64,000 nt of DNA, from assembly GCA_047495785.1 (NCBI GenBank), contig JBLDXI010000032.1:372001-436000 (forward strand), given 5' to 3'. Positions 15,834 to 26,710 of the stretch are shown here, piece by piece (positions within the stretch are counted from its first letter, which is position 1; each line of letters starts with the position of its first letter). The notes below the pieces were generated by a model. The model had not been told where the DNA came from and did no database searches. It saw only the letters and a program-made list of their open reading frames with translations. The stretch comes from Lepidodermella squamata. Taxonomy: Eukaryota > Animalia > Gastrotricha. A program made the translations under genes and the position numbers.

Positions 15834-17160
15834 TTATTTCAATTTGATTTTCGTCAACAAATCATTCGCCTGCGAAAGGACCTTTCCGTTATCTAAACCA
15901 GCTAAACTTTGGAATGAGCTGATATGATTTTCGATGAGAGATTTCAGGCTTATTAAGTCTATCAGCGAATGGCCAGCTGTTTCAGGGCCGGTTTGCGGGT
16001 CACTCTTCAGGATTTCCAAAATTTTAGTTTTATCAGGATTTGATAGGCCAATAGAGCTTAGGCGTTTGTTTCCTATAGTGCATATGAGATCGATGAACGT
16101 TTTCATTCCGCAGCCAGCCGACGATTCGACTATGCGTTCGATCTTGTCTGCCATGTCTTCCCCAGACAAGCCGAATCCGGCCAGTTCTGTCTCTGTTGCT
16201 CCCCATTCACTTACCAGACTTTTGAAACAATAAGACACATTGAACGCATTCAGCCAGTTATGATTGAGTGAGATTACATCCGTCTAATAATGGAAAATCA
16301 AGTCTGAAAAATGAAAGATATTACAAGGTCTACCTCATTTCTGACTTGATGGCCCCATTCGCTTGGAACGAAAAGAATTTCACCCGGATTCTGATTCAAA
16401 TCGAAAAAGCGAGCTCCAACCCGCAGAGCTATTTCAGCTAGTTTATCCATGTTATGCTCATGTTTTCCCCGAACTATTGGCTCTACTTTCTCGATTTCTC
16501 CAGGTTCGAAAAGGAGCCAACGCTTGACCCCGACTAAATTAGCAGACCACTTCAGAAATATCAGAATAAATAATTACCCAGAGAATCGCTTATCACAGCT
16601 TACGGAATAAGATTTTATGACATCCGTGTGTAAAGGCGTCCAGGTTCCAGCCGGACCTGCGTAAATGAACCGGAAATCATCTGAGCCGGAAGATTTTTCG
16701 TCCCAATATTCATTCATCCAATCAGATTGGAAGTAAATTGGAACTTCATATGGCTTGAATTCTGGGCAGTCTCTGCAAAAATTACTAATGAACGCCAAGG
16801 GAATATCTCGATAATTTACCTTTGAAAATGGAAATCTTTCATGTAAACACATTTCCCGGCTTGCCATTGGTCTAGGAATTCACTGAAACCCATCAAGCGG
16901 GAGCCTTCTGATCCGTAACTAACATTCGAAGCCGTACAATCGGTGACTGAAACATTTTTAAGGTGGCCGTATGTTTTTCTGAAATTCTCAATATTCACAG
17001 CCCCATTTTCTGCTGAGAAATGTATCCGCCCATTCCATGACCTGGTAATCCATTCTTCGAATAAACAAGGTTGGTTTGGTAATAGGTAGCGTTCTGCGAA
17101 CTCAGCATAACTTATTGGACTTGAGATTCGAGGTAAAGCATCAATAATTCTTGAGTTCAT
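15834..17160 (-). CDS. JMJD4: JmjC-domain 2-oxoglutarate oxygenase JMJD4-like
   Basis: Four exons with short introns; ISYAEFAERYLLPNQPCLF, YMKDFHF, YFQSDWMNEYW..DDFRFIYAGPAGTWTPLHTDV..SYSWSANLVGVKRWLL, QNPGEILFVPSEWGHQV, ISLNHNWLNA. Confidence 0.9.
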
Positions 17161-17237
17161 AACTCTAGGTGAAAAAGACAGGACAGTCAAATCAATCGCA
17201 TTTTATTGATTCAAATATTACGTTTATACTTAATATA

Positions 17238-20200
17238 TCACTCATTTTGTAATAAATGTAGAAAAGTATTATTAGCTTGAAAAATTGAGGCACGGAAAGC
17301 TCGATCACTGACAAGCAGCGACAGATCAACAATTTCAACAACACCCGAAGAGGCCGAGAATCGGTCTTTTCGAGCCGCATTTCTTAAAAGTTCAATCAAT
17401 AAATGGTCAAATTTAAGACTTTCACTCGACCAGGATACGCAAAACCAGCCACCTGTGAAAAGTTCAATCGACTGAAATTTCGTCAGCAAAATTCTTGCCA
17501 GACCGGCCAGGCATCGAGTGACAGGAGGAGGTAGACCGATTAAACTCAAATTTTCACCGGAATTGCACGATAAATCGGACAAAAACTCGATAAAATGACG
17601 TGTTAAGGTAGATGGCGAATCGCAGCTTAAATCGACGCATCTCGAATTAGGAAACTTGTCGATAGGAATCGGCCGATATAACGAAAGTGACGCAAGTTTC
17701 GAGGGTGAGCAAAATAACGAATTCGAAACTTCAGCCCAGGTGGATGGAATTTTTCCATCGACAGTCACTAGGGACGAAGCTTGGAAATCTGACTCGCAAA
17801 CAATTTTTACAGGGCCTTCGAGTGAGAGTTCTACGCATCTTTTCGTGTTAAATAGACTCATACTATAATGGTTTTGTGAACTGAAGAACTTTTTACAATC
17901 CGATAATCGATATAGAGGTGCACAGGCTTTTTCAATAAAATACTGTTCAGCATCCCAACGAGCGGCTGTTATTTGATTATACATCCGAAATTGCTCTTTC
18001 GGCCTCAGATCTTCAAATGCTGATATATTCCGCTCTATCGCCTCGGTTTGGAGCCGTGAAAAATACTTGGCGCATTCGAGAAGCTCGTTTTTCAAAAAAT
18101 TCACTGGTAATTCCCAGGTTACAGGTTTCCTGTTTCTCAAACCCATCAGCAAATTTTCGACTAAATCAGCATCAAACGAATAATTAAGGCAGACGTAATA
18201 GACCTCGGAATTTCCAGGCTTTGACGCAGCTGGTTTGTAAGCGTGGATTTTTTCGAACATTTTTTTCAACAAAAATACAAGGTTAGCCGTTTCGGTTTCG
18301 AACATGGTGAACAGTTTGATGACAAAATTTCCACCCGGTCGCAGGAGACCAGCAGCAGTTACAACCTCGGCGTAGTGGAGCAATGAAAGAGTTGCTTCCT
18401 GATTGCCAGGGTCTGTTTGACAGTCGATGGCGCCGTCAGCTGTCACGAGATCAACTTTACGCTGGCCAATTTTCCGCCAGAAATCGACGACATTGTCCGC
18501 GATCAAAATATCGCCGGTGTTATCGGCGCCGAATAACCAGTTTTGCGGACGAATAGCTATCATTTGGTCGTCAAAAATAGCCTCGTTACGCTTTGAAAGC
18601 TCGTGATATGGGTTTAGAGTGTTGGCGAACCATTGCCAGGTATACGGTTGCTGACCTAGAAGCAAAAGAATAAAATTGATAGCATAATACATAATTTTGT
18701 TGGGTTATTGTTATAACACGGTGTAGTCTCTATATTAAAGTAAAAGAGGCTTTAACACGGGCCGAGCAGCAAGTGAGTGATTAATTTCTAGTATTTCTAA
18801 TTGTCACGTCGACACTCGATTGAACCCTGAGAACACCCGCCAGCTAATGAACTGGGCTATAAACATGTTCTACGGTTGGAGAAGATCGAGAAACAACGCT
18901 GTAATTTCGGGCGAATTCATATAGGGCGATTGTCTTTCAACTAGGGAATTTCACGTCGAGAACAAGGCCTTGACAACGTGCATTTCGTGCCGGGGGCTCT
19001 ACCTGCTACTGGGCACCATCAGAGGACCTTCCGGACCTTTGAAATAAAACGACTTCATCAATTGCACAATGAAACAATGACCAAATTTTCATAATCTTTT
19101 CATCGTTCTTCTAGTACTCTCGTTCTAGTTTTTACTCGTGATTATAAGTCATTTGTTCGTTTGTAGCTAGCAGATAGGAACAAATAGCTGACTTGAATAC
19201 TGCGAACGTACATCAGTAACAAGCTAACAATAAGAAATCCACATGAACGCAGAAATGCTGGCTACTCAGTTAACGAAGTTATTCTAGGAGATCAACAGGA
19301 GATCAACATCATCGATCAAGGTTTTACTGGCTTACATCCAGACGATTTTGGCCTCACGAGCCAAGTTTTACAACCTCTTTTAGCAAAATTGCCAAAGAGA
19401 TTGAACCGATGTGTGCAAATTCAAAAATTGCACATTAACAACTACACTTTTCAGGATAGCGGGCGTCACAGCCAATCAGAAGTTGAAGTGGAAGGCTGCA
19501 TTTGTCGTTATGGATGGCGTGCTGCATTGCCTCAAAGCATTGAGCAAAAACAAGCGGAACAGCTGTGCTGTTGTGCTGAATGAAATTCCCCAGCTTAACG
19601 AGAAGTTTCATTCTGAGAGCGGGCATCCGGGCGAAAGTGCAACGGTTGGCAAGTTTCGGGAAATATTCTACGAGGTTCTAGAGGAACTCGTATGTAAACT
19701 GGTGAAGGACTGCGCAATTTGTGCTCAAGATCGAGTTCTTCCTAAGCCTCCCATTATTGCCAAGGGCATTTGGTATCGAGTGCACATCGACCGAGATTTT
19801 CGAGTTACCCGATGATGGCGGGATTGCTATGGATCATGGGCGCCGAAATGAAGTAACAGCACTCAACGTTCTGCCCCATCAGCGCAATTTAACGCTAGAG
19901 AATCGTGAATCGTGGACGATCATTGTTGTACCTTAATCTGAGCGTTGGGGAAGTTGGGGAAGGAAGTTCTTTCTTCGGCAAAATACCTCAAAAAGACTGG
20001 CGAACGCGTCTTACAACTGTGGCACAAGATTCTGAGCAATTCTTTTCTATACAAAAGGCCAAAAAATATGCTAGAATCCGCCAGAAGCGCACGGTCGGTG
20101 CTCTACCATCGTTGTTCGACAAAATCCGGTCGCTCCCACCCAGTGCCCTGCGCTTTCTATACAACGGATGCGCACTTAATGGCTATACATACGGAGTCGA

Positions 20201-20934
20201 ATTTGGGGTCTCTTCGCAAGCAGCAAAGACTTTCAAGGCCACGCTCGCTTTGCGAAAAGGTGCCTTCGGATGACGACAAAGACGAAACACAGCCTTCTGC
20301 TGCATGACTTCTCCCTGCTACCACCAAAAATTGGCAACAAAACCAATTCAAATCAACGCTTCTATATGTTAATTTCAACTTCAAGGTGAATTTAGATTTT
20401 TAGGATTATTAAACCAGGTAGGAAGGGAATTTATGAAAGGCGGAGGCCGACATTTCACACACCTGTAATCATGAAAAATAGTCATCGCCTACCTAGCAAT
20501 GAATCAAGCCGATGATTAGTTGCCGATATGAAAGCACCAGGCGCTTCGCATAAATGAACCGATGTGAATTCGGTGCAGTTATCGAAGGTGACCAGCTCCG
20601 GGAAACGTGCCAGGATGTCGTAGAACTTGAGCCACGCCCGAGTTGTGACCTCCGCTCCGAAGTAACGAACCAGCGTTTTCGACAATGAGCTGAACAAATG
20701 CATTGCCTCCGTGTGGGAGTGCCAGTCATGTCGCATTTTGGTCCCATCCGAATATTTCCCCAATCTGCCCTTGACACCGTTCAATTTCTCTCGAAGTGAC
20801 GCAAATTCTGGAGCGATTTTCAACCAGGCTGGGCATGTTTCTTCATTCAACTTCCACTCGTTAGTAGCATCTTTCTTCGGATATGAGAAAATTCGCGTGA
20901 AGTAGAAGTCAGTGCACAACTCCATTGATAACAT
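17238..20934 (-). CDS. CMTR2: Cap-specific mRNA (nucleoside-2'-O)-methyltransferase 2
   Basis: Exons 20934-20493 and 18655-17238 joined by a 1.8-kb phase-1 intron; RAWLKFYDIL, SVHLCEAPGAFI, TLNPYHE, LVTADGAIDC, FVIKLFT, KPAASKPGNSEVY give the K-D-K-E tetrad. Confidence 0.92.
19411..20273 (+). mobile_element. Degenerate integrase-type transposon relic (Ginger/GIN/KRBA2-like) inside the CMTR2 intron
   Basis: HSESGH..CAIC HHCC zinc finger followed by PIIAKGIWYRVHID (start of an integrase core), then stops and frameshifts; explains the only kb-size intron in an otherwise compact gene. Ends not resolved. Confidence 0.65.
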
Positions 20935-21302
20935 GAAATCTAATAAAACAACTCCACCTTAAATGGCAAGTTAATTTCCGTTTTTATTTGGTCTCTTCAG
21001 ATTTTTCATCAACTTATATTATAGAGATGGCTAAAAACAAAAATTCTTTGTCCATTTTTAGCAGTATTCATACATTTTTTGAAACACAGGAATGGAGCCC
21101 TCGAGAAAAAACAAACAAAATTTTCCGCTATAATATAATATTGTATACTGAAACACAGCCTTGATTTTTCCGATGGCTTGAAAAGCAGGTTTTTCCGCTT
21201 TTGCTGGAGCAAACAGAGATAGATTATTGATCATCACACAAACCAACGTTTCGAACACCGAAGAATAGATTATAACGCGAGGAATACAAAAACTACTCTG
21301 AT

Positions 21303-22127
21303 TTAAAGTTCGTCGTGATCCTCTTTCGACTTTTTGTTCAGCGAACTGGCACTGCTAACGAAAATACCCTCAGCCGCCTGCCACAGAGCTTTGTCAGTCG
21401 CAGCCGGTGTCGCCGTTATTTCATATTGGCCGGCAATCGGGCGTTGGTAACGTTCGCCACTAGCTTGGAGGTAAGACCCGGTAGGGATGTGCCTGAATTT
21501 CACCTGAGATGCGCGTCGCCAGTGCTTATCACTGCTGGAAGGACAAACAACCATCCAATGGTCACCTAAATAGGCTAAAAAAATTAAGAATTAATGCTCA
21601 TTTTCTTGAACTAACCTTCATCGCCAAGGCCATTATCACCAAAACAACTGACTTCTTGAGCGTTACTCGAAAGAGGAGCAGCGAACAAATGAGAGTGTAG
21701 ATTTTTCTTCGTTGTCAAATGAAAGAGACGAATAGTTTCACCGCATGCGATGGGTTCACCACGATTGCATTGAGATCCTGTTTTGCCTTTAACTTGCCAG
21801 TAGCTGTTATGATCGTCGGCACCGGATACGCCCGTAATTGATTGTTGGCCAGACCCTGAGCCATAACGCACGTCGTGCGAATGTAATCTGACCTGAACAT
21901 GAAACCGAATTCAATAAAAATTCAATATGACAATGGGTCGAATTACTAACGTCATATTTTATATTTTTGAGCTTTAGAGTAGATCCACAAGTTATGAAAT
22001 CATACTCCCGAGAACAGAGACAAGACGAAACTGAAAATATCAAATACAATAAATAAATAACGTAACCATCAATTGGATCAGTGAACCTACCAAATAGCAA
22101 GCTCAGAAGGGAAGCTGCGATAATCAT
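21303..22127 (-). CDS. SDF2: Stromal cell-derived factor 2-like ER protein (MIR domains)
   Basis: Three exons; ITCGSTLKL, LHSHDVRYGSGSGQQSITG, IRLFHLTTKKNLHSHLF.APLS..QEVSCFG; C-terminal HDEL. Confidence 0.93.
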
Positions 22128-22279
22128 TATGGCAGTTGTAACAAGATCTATATAAAATACGGCTTATTTCAGCATCATAAATTATTTAATATGTTAAGAA
22201 AATGCAGTCACCAAAAAAGATACCGATCATATATTAGTTTCATCACAAGATTCAAGCACATCACTACACTTGATGATTT

Positions 22280-23101
22280 TTACGCCGCAGTATTATTTCC
22301 AGCGGCTGCTGTAACTGCAAGTGTGGTCATGTTACCAGCACCCACTGTTGTTTCGAGCGGGATATCATCTGATAAACCTGGGAGAGTGTGACCCATGACT
22401 AGGTATTGCAGCGCAACGACAAAGCCGAGTTGGATGACGCACAAATAAACGGATGCAGCTAAGAATCGAAGCTTATTTGGGACGAGGAACCACAAGTCAT
22501 GAGCCAAGAACAGTGACGTGAATATTGCTGCTATTATGAGAAAGGTCCATCGAGCAGCGGCCCAGGGCAATATGCAGAGTAGGATAGCGGGTACGAAAGG
22601 CACAAGTGAATATCCGAAGAGCGATAAGATATGGCCCGTGTTGTTCGAGTTAGATGATCCAGACGGCAGGCCAATAGGTATAAACTTCTGTCCGGTAGTG
22701 GCGATAAAGATTCCCGTTAATGAGGCGATGGCATTGGCGATAGAGATAGCTAAACTGATACCGATGCGGGAGAAGTCTTGCCTCATCATTGGATCCAGAA
22801 AGCGATCACCAATATCAGAACACATCACACTAGCTAGCCAAACAGTAACGAAAATCCAAACAGGCCCTGCCATGTCAGGAAACGGTTCCAAATCCAAAAC
22901 GGTAAAAGCCGCATTCGGCCGGAACAGAAAGACGCGACGAATTCTGTTCAGGACTGTGGCACTCGATACGTTGAAGTAGTACTGATAGAAACTGAGGGAC
23001 AAAAATGAGGCTTTGTTTGACTCGGTTGTCGATTGATCGTTGGGATCATTCATCGATCCCTCAACGCCGTCATCAAGCATCATTGGCTGAGTTTCAGACA
23101 T
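22280..23101 (-). CDS. YIPF1: Yip1-domain Golgi membrane protein YIPF1/2-like
   Basis: FLSLSFYQYYFNVSSATVLNRI, PDMAGPVWI, LFGYSL..FVP..ILC..P motifs, several TM helices; start set at MSETQP just after the acceptor at 23119-23118. Confidence 0.85.
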   Translation of the reverse strand: MSETQPMMLDDGVEGSMNDPNDQSTTESNKASFLSLSFYQYYFNVSSATVLNRIRRVFLFRPNAAFTVLDLEPFPDMAGPVWIFVTVWLASVMCSDIGDRFLDPMMRQDFSRIGISLAISIANAIASLTGIFIATTGQKFIPIGLPSGSSNSNNTGHILSLFGYSLVPFVPAILLCILPWAAARWTFLIIAAIFTSLFLAHDLWFLVPNKLRFLAASVYLCVIQLGFVVALQYLVMGHTLPGLSDDIPLETTVGAGNMTTLAVTAAAGNNTAA

Positions 23102-24388
23102 TGCAAAGTCTTCTAGACTGTAAACAAGAAATAGTTCTAAAGCAAAAAATATTGGAATGAGAAGCATCTACGACCGTCGGTTTCAAACTCGTGCTTAGAA
23201 GGACGCACTAGGTGAATAACAAATCATTGATGACTAGCAAGAAAGACTAGCAAAGACCATGAGTAATAAAATCACGCTTCGGAAACTTCAATTCCCAATT
23301 CGCTTTCCTTCAATTCATGCGGGTTCATATCACAAATGGATATGAGAATAGGTTGGTGACTATGCCATTCGAAATGGTACGATATTGATATATACACCTA
23401 CGCGAAACGCGAGCCTGAAATGGTTGAAGTCTGGCTGAAACTATAAACGGCGCGAGTCCAGAAAATTTCCCTCCGGCGTCGATACCGTTAACGCGCATAC
23501 TAAGGATACAAATGCTGAGAGTAAAGAGCAACCCAAGTCACATTTACAAGCATCGAAGACACGAGACACGCTCGTAGCCAGCTCGACATATTTCGACCAA
23601 GTCCACAATCGCTTCGTAAGAGCGAACGGTTAGATTAATGACCGATTCGTCGGCATGGTCCTGCATCTAAATTGTTCTTCGTAACGGATTCGCATCAGAG
23701 CGATATCAAAAGGAGAAGCAAGAAGACCAGACATCTTCGAATTGCGAAACACGAACACAGCTAACAGCTATCGAGCTCAACTCCTATTTCCTATCGCCGA
23801 ACTCTATTCGATACATCGAGCCGTTCAGGCAAATGGCGTTCTTTCAAGCAGCAATGGAATTTGGAGCCATATTCCAAGGCCTAGATCTGTGTTACAAGTG
23901 ACCGGCTCTTCCACCTGGTTGTACAGGTGAGACCGGTAGATGACGTGGTATTTTGTTCGATTTTTGCTGGAAAAATTCCAAAAATGCCACGTCGGTGCCC
24001 ATTTGATTTTGTCAATATTTTCTGATAAGACGTAATTTTGGTAAAACTGCATAGTTATATGAGTTTTCATGATTTTTCAAAATTTAGGACGCCATTTTTG
24101 TTTGCCTTGTTTCCTGCGCCATCGCGCTGTGTGCTGCGTTGTTGCATGCTACGATGTTTGGTTGTTTAGTTGTTGTCTGACGTTTGGCGCGGTAAACGTA
24201 ATCGAACAGGCATTTTGGCACTCCGCCTACAGGTTACAGGTTTAAGGTTTTCCCCAGTCAGCTATCTGGACAAGATTTGCAAATTTAGCGCTCTTGGTGC
24301 TGCTTTGAATTTGCCTTCGAGTTGCGAATTATCTGCTAACAATTTTAATGATTGTGTTATTTCCTTATTGTATAGAAGCATTATCATT

Positions 24389-25306
24389 ATGTCAAGAGGA
24401 GATCGTGATGTCGACCCTGACTGCAAGCTTTTTGTTGGTGGTCTAGAAAAAGATACTGATGAGCGCGAGCTTGAAGGTGAGCTCATTATATTATTAGGTC
24501 GAGGCTCTTACAAGTTCCAATTATTTATTTCAGAATCATTCGCCAAGTATGGCAGTATTCAGAGTGTCTGGATATCCCGCGACCGGCCCGGATTTGGTTT
24601 TGTTGTGTTTGAAAACGCCGACGATGCAGGTGAGGCCGCGAAAAGCCTGAATGGCACCGACATTTGCGGTTGCCGCGTCCGTGTTGAAGTCTCAGGCCGC
24701 CGTCAAGGTGGCGGAGGCCGAGGCGGTGGTGGACGAGGAGGCTTCCGTGGAGGCCGCGGTGGTGGTTTCAGTGGAGGACGTGGAGGTGGTGGCGGCGGCG
24801 GTGGTGGCTGCTTCCAATGCGTATGTTCAATTCGATTTTCTTATACTAAATAATGCAATCTTGCTGATGTTTTCAGGGTGAATCTGGTCACTTCGCCCGC
24901 GAATGCCCGTCAGGTGGCGGCGGCGGAGGTGGACGCGGAGGATTCCGTGGCGGCCGAGGTGGTGGATTTGGCGGTGGCCGCGGCGGTGGTGGTGGCGGCA
25001 GTTACAGAAGGTTAGTAATTATCAATTTTATATAATATAAGGCCATCCGTCCCACACTCGGAAAGCGAGCCTCTGCTCCTTGAGAGAAGTATTTAACGAA
25101 AATTATTACGATTGGCATTCGGCTAACGGAAACGCTCGTACCTGATGCGTTCATGTTTTCGTTAATGCGACTGACAGTTGGCTTTTGAGCAATTGAGAAT
25201 TCACAATCCTACCTTCCTACCTTGATGTTGATAATCGCAATGTGGAAATGTTGCTTCATTTCTTGTCTATAGAAGTGACCGAGACAGAAGTCCGATCGAC
25301 CGTTGA
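24389..25306 (+). CDS. SRSF3/SRSF7-like RRM + CCHC zinc-knuckle protein, copy A (RGG-rich)
   Basis: Exons 24389-24476, 24534-24820, 24877-25010, 25273-25306; CKLFVGGL..SVWISRDRPGFGFVVFE..CGCRVRVE; CFQCGESGHFARECP; ends RSDRDRSPIDR*. Confidence 0.88.
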
Positions 25307-25546
25307 AATGCCATCATGAACCATCTACCTACGTTGAAGACGAGCCGTGTTTACCGAGCTTTTAGCCACTTTTTATAACACTTGCGCAAGTTGATAATGA
25401 AATGAAAATGTACCTTATGATCATGATAAATATTCATCACTTCGTTAGTTCCGCCTCGTCGTGGTGAAAAATGTATCGCGTTGTTGTACGGGTAATTTAA
25501 TGTTTGTTATTTTAATTTCTCAAATAGGTGATTGACGGTTATAATT

Positions 25547-26311
25547 ATGAGTCGACGGGACGAAAACCCGGACTGCAAACTGTACGTTGGTGGTCTTGAG
25601 AAGGACACCAGCGAACAAGCACTCGAAGACGCCTTCGCCCAGTACGGCCGCATTCAGAACGTTTGGGTTTCGCGCGATCGTCCTGGCTTTGGATTCGTGA
25701 CATTCGAATCGCCTGACGAGGCCGACGAAGCGATGCGCAACCTGAATGGCCAAACTGTGGCTGGGTGCACTCTCAAAGTCGAAGTCGCTGGAGGCGGCCG
25801 GTCAAGGGGAGACCGCGGCGGTGGCCGTGGTGGTTTCCGCGGAGGAAGGGGTGGCGGCTTCGGCGGCGGCCGTGGGGGATATGGCGACGGGGGTCGAGGT
25901 GGGGGCTTCCGAGGGGGTGATCGAGGCTTCGGGGGTGGCCGAGGGGGAGGTTTTGGGGGCGGACGGGGTGGTGGTGGCGGCGGTGGCTGCTTCAACTGCG
26001 GTAAGTGACTGAAATAGAACATAATCGATTATGTTAATATCTGTACATTTTAGGTGAATCCGGCCACTTCGCTCGTGAATGTCCTCAAGGCGGTGGCGGT
26101 GGAGGAGGCCGCGGACGTGGTAGCTACGGAGGCGGCGGCTTCGGGGGAGGTCGCGGCGGTGGTGGTGGTGGCTACGGCGGTGGAGGCAGCGGCGGCTACC
26201 GGAGGTGTTTGATTTTCGATTAAACTTTGTTCTGTAACCAGGTTTTTACTGGATTTTTTTGTCATTTTAGCTAATGACCGCCAACGATCACGGTCGCCTT
26301 CGTTTCGGTAA
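25547..26311 (+). CDS. SRSF3/SRSF7-like RRM + CCHC zinc-knuckle protein, copy B (RGG-rich)
   Basis: Exons 25547-26000, 26054-26206, 26271-26311; CKLYVGGL..NVWVSRDRPGFGFVTFE; CFNCGESGHFARECP; ends SNDRQRSRSPSFR* (last donor inferred from frame). Confidence 0.85.
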
Positions 26312-26710
26312 CCGGGCAAGACTGCGCCGCGCATCCCCACAGCTGTGTACAGCATAATACCCAGGTTGTAGCGGGTGACGTGTGTGCCGCCTGTGACTGT
26401 TTCTAGCTCTTGGTTTTGTTTGTTTTTTCGCATCTACGCCTCCTGGAAAATGGCTAATAATAGCCTTTGTCTTGTATTCACTCTGATCTATCGCAGAAGA
26501 GATTTTGTCAAAATTGCAAAAGAGTTCTTCGATATTTTCTGCGATCATTGTAAAGTGCGTCTTGGCTCAGATAATTTGTAATTGTGACAGTTTTTACTCG
26601 GAAACTCGAAAATATTCGCCGGCTCTTTGCTCTCCAGTAGTAAATGTCTTGAATTAACGTCAGCTGCGATTTGTTTAGGTTTTAAATTTCAACTAATTCT
26701 CAACTGAAAA

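Noticed and set aside
18709-20471. Terminal inverted repeats for the CMTR2-intron element
   Set aside because: Only weak similarity between TGTTATAACACGGTGT and the reverse complement of the right end; no convincing TSD.
23300-23930. Possible hidden gene between YIPF1 and SR copy A
   Set aside because: Only short ORFs without recognisable motifs; the donor at 23927 may belong to a non-coding 5' exon but this cannot be established.
25654-26022. Pro-rich 122-aa minus-strand ORF, and similar antisense ORFs over Rbfox, macroH2A and Fox exons
   Set aside because: Shadow frames of GC-rich low-complexity coding sequence on the other strand.
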